From Utricularia gibba (taxonomy: Eukaryota; Plantae; Magnoliophyta), in contig NEEC01000009.1 in the NCBI GenBank assembly GCA_002189035.1, positions 1,178,001-1,242,000 of the forward strand: a stretch of DNA of 64,000 bases. The letters are read 5' to 3'. The position numbers were made by a program, and so were the translations under genes. Below, one piece after another: positions 61,664 to 64,000 of this stretch. Position 1 is the stretch's first letter. The number at the start of each line of letters is the position of its first letter. The notes under the pieces are model-generated. The model saw only the letters and a list, made by a program, of their open reading frames with translations, did no database searches and had not been told where the DNA came from.

Positions 61664-62032
61664 AGTTAATTATGGCACCCTTTTATTTTTAACGTAATTA
61701 AATGGAAAAACGAATATTCTAAGGTGAAAATTAATTCTAAAGTAAGTTATTAATTACGCTGGAAAATGGAGATACAACTGTCAAGGGAAAGGAGTGGACT
61801 TGGTTGTCGACAGCCACCGAGGATGGCCAACGGGACGCCGCTATCGGAGTTGTAACTTTCTGTGCCGAAAAATGACAAGTTGCGTCGCGATATTCTTGAG
61901 ATCCGCATTTGAGAAAATAACAATAATCAATCGCCTAATAGGGACGACGGAGCACTAACACAAACGCGAACACCAGAGGACACTCTGAACATCAACGAAG
62001 TGACGATTCATTGAAAAGCAAGAACCAAAGAA

Positions 62033-62353
62033 TCAGGCGGAGAAGAGTTTGTAAGAGGCGAAATCCATGTCTGTGGAGTGAATCAAGTAGGTAAGCACGA
62101 GCGCGATCAACATCAAGGCGTAAGCGATGCCTTGGTCTATCGATGTACCTTCAAGAGAATTTCGAAAAAAAAAAAAGAAACCTAAAATTTCACCTCCGAT
62201 TCATATAGATCTATGGTAATGCGCGTGAATTGATTGATACTCACCATCGCTAGCAGGCGCTGGCGCCGGAGCCGGAGATTCCTGCGCCGCCGAGAGGGTG
62301 AAGGCGGCAGCGGCGGCGATTATAAACGGCATCAACGCCTTGGCGACCGCCAT
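62033..62353 (-). CDS. AGP16: Arabinogalactan peptide (AGP16/20/22/41 type), GPI-anchored, 74 aa, 2 exons
   Basis: Exons 62245-62353 and 62033-62148 give MAVAKALMPFIIAAAAAFTLSAAQESPAPAPAPASDG|TSIDQGIAYALMLIALVLTYLIH..FSA*, with the diagnostic SDGTSIDQGIAY motif. It is missed by the ORF track. Confidence 0.92.
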
Positions 62354-63629
62354 GATTTCTCTCCCTCTCGCTGTTCGTGGGTGAACTGAGTGCGACGATG
62401 AATCTAGCGGTGCGAGTTCTTATGAGAGCGAGTAGGGGAGTGGGTCATGTTTTTGAAAGATATCCAGCCCATGTGCTGCCCCGCACGACCCAACCTGTAC
62501 TGATGGCTCCAGCCGATAATTACGGAAATTACAAGAAAACCCCCGTCAGTTAACGGCTAGTTTCCCTGTTTTTCCCGTGCAAACGGATTGCTTATATTCC
62601 CTGAATCTTGTTAAATTTTTATAATCACTATTATGTACAAATAATAATTATAAACAAAAGTAAAAAAAAAAAAGAAATTCATGTATATAATAATAAGAAA
62701 TATTTAAAAAGTAACTTTTACAAATATTAAAAAGATTCTACTGTGATTTTGGAGTGTGAATAGTTGGATACATGAATTCAATATAGAATAATGTATATGT
62801 ATTTGTCTATATGCAAGCATAGTTTTAATTATTATGTATTAAGTTAAAAATTAAAAATATAATACAATTAAGAATAATATGTACTCAAATTAGAATAAAT
62901 CGAATTTACAAAAAATCAAATAAATAATTGATTGGATTTGATTAATTCCAGTATTGCTTTTGGACGAGTTTTGTTTTCATAACTTTTTGAAGTAATTATG
63001 TTTAATTTTTGTAGATTTTAATTTTTACTTATTTTATAGTAACTCTGCCTAATTTTTAGTGATTAAATAAAATATTAATTATCAATATTCAATAAACTAT
63101 GTACTATTAGTTAGAAATTAATTTCATCAAAAAATTTAAACAATTAAGGTTTATTAATATCAATTATTAAAATATTGTAGATTAATTATACTAAAATAGT
63201 AAATAATAAATTAAGTGATATCAATTTTCTAAACCAATGGTGCCATTATTTTGAAAAATTAAAATTAATTATACCAAATTCTTAAATTTATAATATTAAT
63301 ACATTAAATTTATAATATAATTTGATATTACTCAAAAAGATAATTTTATAATTTCAAACTGATGTTAACCACATAAATTCAAATTTTAAAAAATATTTTA
63401 TATGATATAAAACGTAAATTCAACACACATGATATATACCTTATTCTATTTTAAAATAGTGAAGATTGATGCTAGTTTCAGTAGGGTACGTGATGACAAG
63501 CAATGTGCAGTTTTCTATTTTTGATGTCAATTGTGGATGACTTGGGCGGTACAGTCTCGAGAAGGACGGAGATTATATGATACCCGTGAAGACGACGCCA
63601 ATTCCACGCTCCACCACAGTGCCTCAATC

Positions 63630-63891
63630 ATGAGGGCGACGAGGAGCGTATTCCGGCAGGAACTTCGGTCGGCGGCCGTCGTGGCGGCGCTGGTGGCATC
63701 ATTATTTCTAGTGGTGCCGGGGTGTGATGCTAAGTGCAAGATAGAGGCTATCTTCAACTTCGGAGACTCCAATTCCGACACCGGTGGGTTCTGGGCTGCT
63801 TTTCCGAGGGACCCTCCTCCTTATGGGATGACATACTTCCACAAGCCATCCGGGCGGGCGTCGGACGGCCGGCTGATAATCGATTTCTTAG
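63630..63891 (+). CDS. GDSL esterase/lipase, first exon (gene continues beyond the window)
   Basis: Signal peptide, then KCKIEAIFNFGDSNSDTGG..PYGMTYFHKPSGRASDGRLIIDFL, ending at donor ag|gtacag (63892). Confidence 0.9.
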
Positions 63892-64000
63892 GTACAGAGC
63901 GGTGTTCATTTGTATTTGTTGAAATGGCATTGGAACAGTGTCGGATAGTAACTTAAAAGTACAATCTTTGCTCTGCGCGCCACCGTCGGCGCGGTGGCAT

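Noticed and set aside
62600-63470. Very AT-rich spacers (also 9480-9880, 23200-23690, 38340-38700, 48480-49020) examined for MITE termini
   Set aside because: I could not find convincing TIR/TSD pairs by eye; a repeat-library search would be needed.
1-64000. tRNA, rRNA, conserved miRNA and CRISPR-like arrays
   Set aside because: No cloverleaf/T-loop context, rRNA sequence, known mature miRNA match or repeat-spacer array was seen; this is eukaryotic nuclear DNA.

Overview
Gene-dense eudicot nuclear DNA with short introns (mostly 67-130 nt). I find about 19 recognisable protein-coding loci plus one decayed gene. In order: last exon of an ORM gene, FKGP, DUF688, an exportin-2/CSE1 pseudogene, a JAM2/MTB-type bHLH, CNX3, EMB1703, LEA_2, DRP1B, REC1, a TIGR01589 protein, an RH26/31-type DEAD-box helicase, an F-box/LRR gene, a CPC-like R3-MYB, a group III WRKY, a TBL25-like gene, JAR1, a plant MLKL pseudokinase, an AGP16/20-type peptide, and the first exon of a GDSL lipase. 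From memory, this gene set matches the conserved block around Arabidopsis At1g012xx-014xx / At2g463xx-465xx / At3g616xx-618xx; this needs a synteny check. Key caveat: four otherwise intact genes (LEA_2 twice, TIGR01589, JAR1, MLKL) are broken by a single missing base in a short G/C run, which suggests long-read homopolymer error rather than real gene loss. The most interesting leads are a candidate spliced antisense transcript at the MLKL 3' end, an 82-aa signal-peptide/GPI-like orphan ORF, an unexplained site II-driven spliced unit upstream of REC1, and an R3-MYB lacking the WxM mobility motif. Several MITE/MULE-like remnants lie in AT-rich spacers. I found no rRNA, tRNA, known miRNA or CRISPR array. 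All family and orthologue assignments come from motif recognition and memory, not database searches.
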